The notes beneath the pieces are model-generated. The model was not told the DNA's origin and searched no databases. It saw nothing but the letters and a program-made list of their open reading frames with translations. From assembly GCA_963514005.1 (NCBI GenBank), contig OY740816.1, forward strand, positions 21,576,001-21,640,000: a stretch of DNA of 64,000 bases. The letters are read 5' to 3'. The DNA is from Raja brachyura. Its lineage: Eukaryota. Shown here piece by piece: positions 61,341-64,000 of the stretch (position 1 is the first letter of the stretch; every line of letters begins with the position of its first letter). A program made the position numbers and the translations under genes.

Positions 61341-64000
61341 CATTCTTCTTCTGGATCTTTGTTTTTGTCTAAAATTCTCTGTCTTTCCCTTTAAATGAAG
61401 CAGACCAAGGAGAATGTTTGGGATAATGAGGAACTGCAGATGCGTAGGAAAGAACTGCAGATGCTGGTTTATAAGATAGACACAAAACTTTGGTGGAACT
61501 TAGCGGGTCAGGCAGCAGCCCTGGAGAACATGGGTAGGTGACGTTTCTGGTCGGAAGCCTTCTTCAGACGTCAGCTATCCACGTACTCCAGGGATTCTTC
61601 CCGGCCCGCTGAGTTATTCCAGCATCTGGTGTCTTTCTTTGAGAATTTGGGGGAAATGGGTAACCCTGTGATGTTCTGCTTCAGTTGGGGTAAATTCAGC
61701 TGTGGGGTAAATCTTTACAATCTCCCGCAGAAAGCCGGGATGAAGGGTAGTTCGGAGAATTCAGGATCAACAGATGAGAGGCAGGGATCAGAAGATCCGT
61801 GCAGCAAGGAAAGCCTGTGGAGCTACAGGAGATCACTGCCATAAATGGAAACCTTTATTCATCCATCGATGATAATATGCACAGTACGGGTGTCAGAGGA
61901 TATGGGGAGAAGGCAGAAGAATGTGGTTAGGAGGGAGGGATAGAAGAGCCATGATTGAATGGCGGAGTAGACTTGTTGGGCCAAATGGCCTAATTCTGCT
62001 CCTATGGCTTATGACCTTATGGCCACAAGACCATGAAGGCCACCATCACAACCTAATCTCTGCTGCTTAAAAAACTGGGCGCGTTGTGTCCAAGTGTTAA
62101 AAAAAAATTGAGCTTTGGGAAGGAAGAGGAAACAGGAAAGAAGGGTTATCCATGGGCCGGAAAAGAGAGAGAAATCATGAATTCATGAGACTTTTAAGTG
62201 AAAAAATCATGCTTCAGTTGGTGCCTTGTTGCGCCAACATTGAAACTTTGAATAAGATATTCTGTTCTTATTTAATTACTGGACAATAGCGATTCCAGTG
62301 ATCGTGTTTGCAATTCAATGATAAATTAACGGGTTTGGTGTTAAATATGCGGTTGTATGCACAACTGTGTTTGGTTTTAAATATGCCATCACACACACCA
62401 TTTTATTTGGTGTTAAGTAAATAAGTAAGTACGTTTGTTGGCCAAGTATTCACATACAAGGAATACATGTTGTATTATTAAATATATTATACATTAAATT
62501 TGTTATAATATGTGCAACACCAATTTGTCTACCACATTTGGCTGGAGTTTGGGGTTGCCCCATTGCTTGGCACACGACTTGCCTATCAATGTTGGCACAT
62601 CTCGACACCGCAGCATGCAGGATGTGGGTCAAGCATTCATGGTAAACTAGGTGTGTGATGTGGAGGGAATAAAACGGACCAATACAGGTTAGAACTGCAT
62701 TGACAGAAAGGAAAAAAAAAAAAAAAAAAAGGTCAAAGCTGGAAAAGTTAGTAACAGCTAAACGTTGAGAGGTGGTGAACTGGGAGAGGAATTTGTAGCT
62801 CTCCTTCAGCCTAAATACCTGAAGATAAATTGAACTGCCCTCTCTGTAACACACAACGAATGTCATGCAACCCGCAGGAAGGGGAGTGTGCTCTCTGTTC
62901 AACAACTTTAGTTATTTAAAAGTATTTAAAAATTATATTGTTTGGATCCATTAAATGAATGGTATCTCTTGCCCCTCCGTCACAATTTAGATTTGGCAAA
63001 GCTACCTCGAGCGGGCTGGATTTAAACTGTATTTATATTCAGAGTGCCAGGGCTGTTTTAGGGCAGGGTGGGGTAAATGTTACTGTTTCCATCTATCATT
63101 CAGGTCTCACGGCCTCTCTGGGTCTCTTTACATCCCAAGAGGAGATCCTCCTGTGTAGGCCCGTGCTGGGCCCGCAGCACATCCTAAATGCACGCGCTCC
63201 AGAGATTATTCAATGGTTGAAAGCCACACCCAGCAGAAGGATGCGGGTGGCTCTGAATCTCTCGAGCAAGACCCTCTCTGACGCTCACACCGTTAAAGGT
63301 TGGAATTGGTTTAAGGGGACAATGTTCTATCAAGGACCAGTGAGCAATGGCACAGACTACCATGATACAGAGGACACGGTCTAACCTTGTGTTATGGTTA
63401 ACACCTAATGGAAACAGCTATGATTTTGGTCTTGGATTTCCATTCAGTGACCAATATTGGGCCACGCATGTCAACACCAGGCAGGGTCAGGTCTGATGCC
63501 TCTGGCTCATCCCTTCAGCCCACTGATCTGCCAATACTCTAGACTAGGCTGACTTCAGATGGATAGCCAAAAGGCATGATTAAGGCTAGCAGGCCAATAT
63601 TATCATTGTGACCTTTACGTTTCCATCCATGGACTAACCTCTCTAACTGGGCAAGTTATTATGGTCCGTGGAGGAAGGAACTGCAGATGCTGGTTTACAC
63701 AAAAGATAAAGACAAAATGCTGGAGTAACTCAGCGGGACAGGCAGTATCTCTGGAGAGAAGGAATGCGTGACGTTTCAGGGCCTTTTTCACGGGCCGAAA
63801 CGTCACTCCTTCTCTCCAGAGATGCTGCCTGAGTTACTCCAGCATTTTGTGTCCATCTTATGGTCCCTTCATTGTTGGTGGAACTCTCTTCCCAACGGTA
63901 CTGTGGGAGCTTTTTTCCCCAGAAGGTTAGCGGAAGACCAAGTAGGTGGCCCACCAAAACCTTCTCAAGGACAATTTGGGATGAGCAATAAACGCTGGCC

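Overview
This is eukaryotic genomic DNA from a vertebrate. The repeat content (HE1-type V-SINEs, a SacSINE1/Deu-type SINE, dense CR1 and Penelope-like elements) points to an elasmobranch such as a skate or ray; this is inference. The window holds the 3' end of CACNA1A (Cav2.1, P/Q-type calcium channel alpha-1A) on the minus strand. Ten GT-AG exons (human numbering 38-47) splice into one open frame of 1833 nt (610 aa plus stop) ending ...DEDDWC*, followed by the 3' UTR and downstream sequence. Introns are filled with transposon remnants, and there is one 358-nt assembly gap. Highlights: (1) a 131-bp TSD-flanked retroposon at 13064-13194 whose first 54 nt fold into a complete minimal HDV-like ribozyme, with the predicted cut site exactly at the element's 5' end; (2) a CAA-interrupted Q19 tract at the position of the human SCA6 polyglutamine, with the AG|GGCAG|TAG splice switch intact; (3) about 25-30 Penelope-derived, often fold-back mini-elements carrying a minimal hammerhead-like core; (4) a 294-nt AG-exclusion zone before the 36-nt exon 44; (5) a 588-bp near-perfect palindromic MITE in intron 42. 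Family names and human comparisons come from recognition and memory, not database searches. Repeat boundaries are approximate unless TSDs are quoted.
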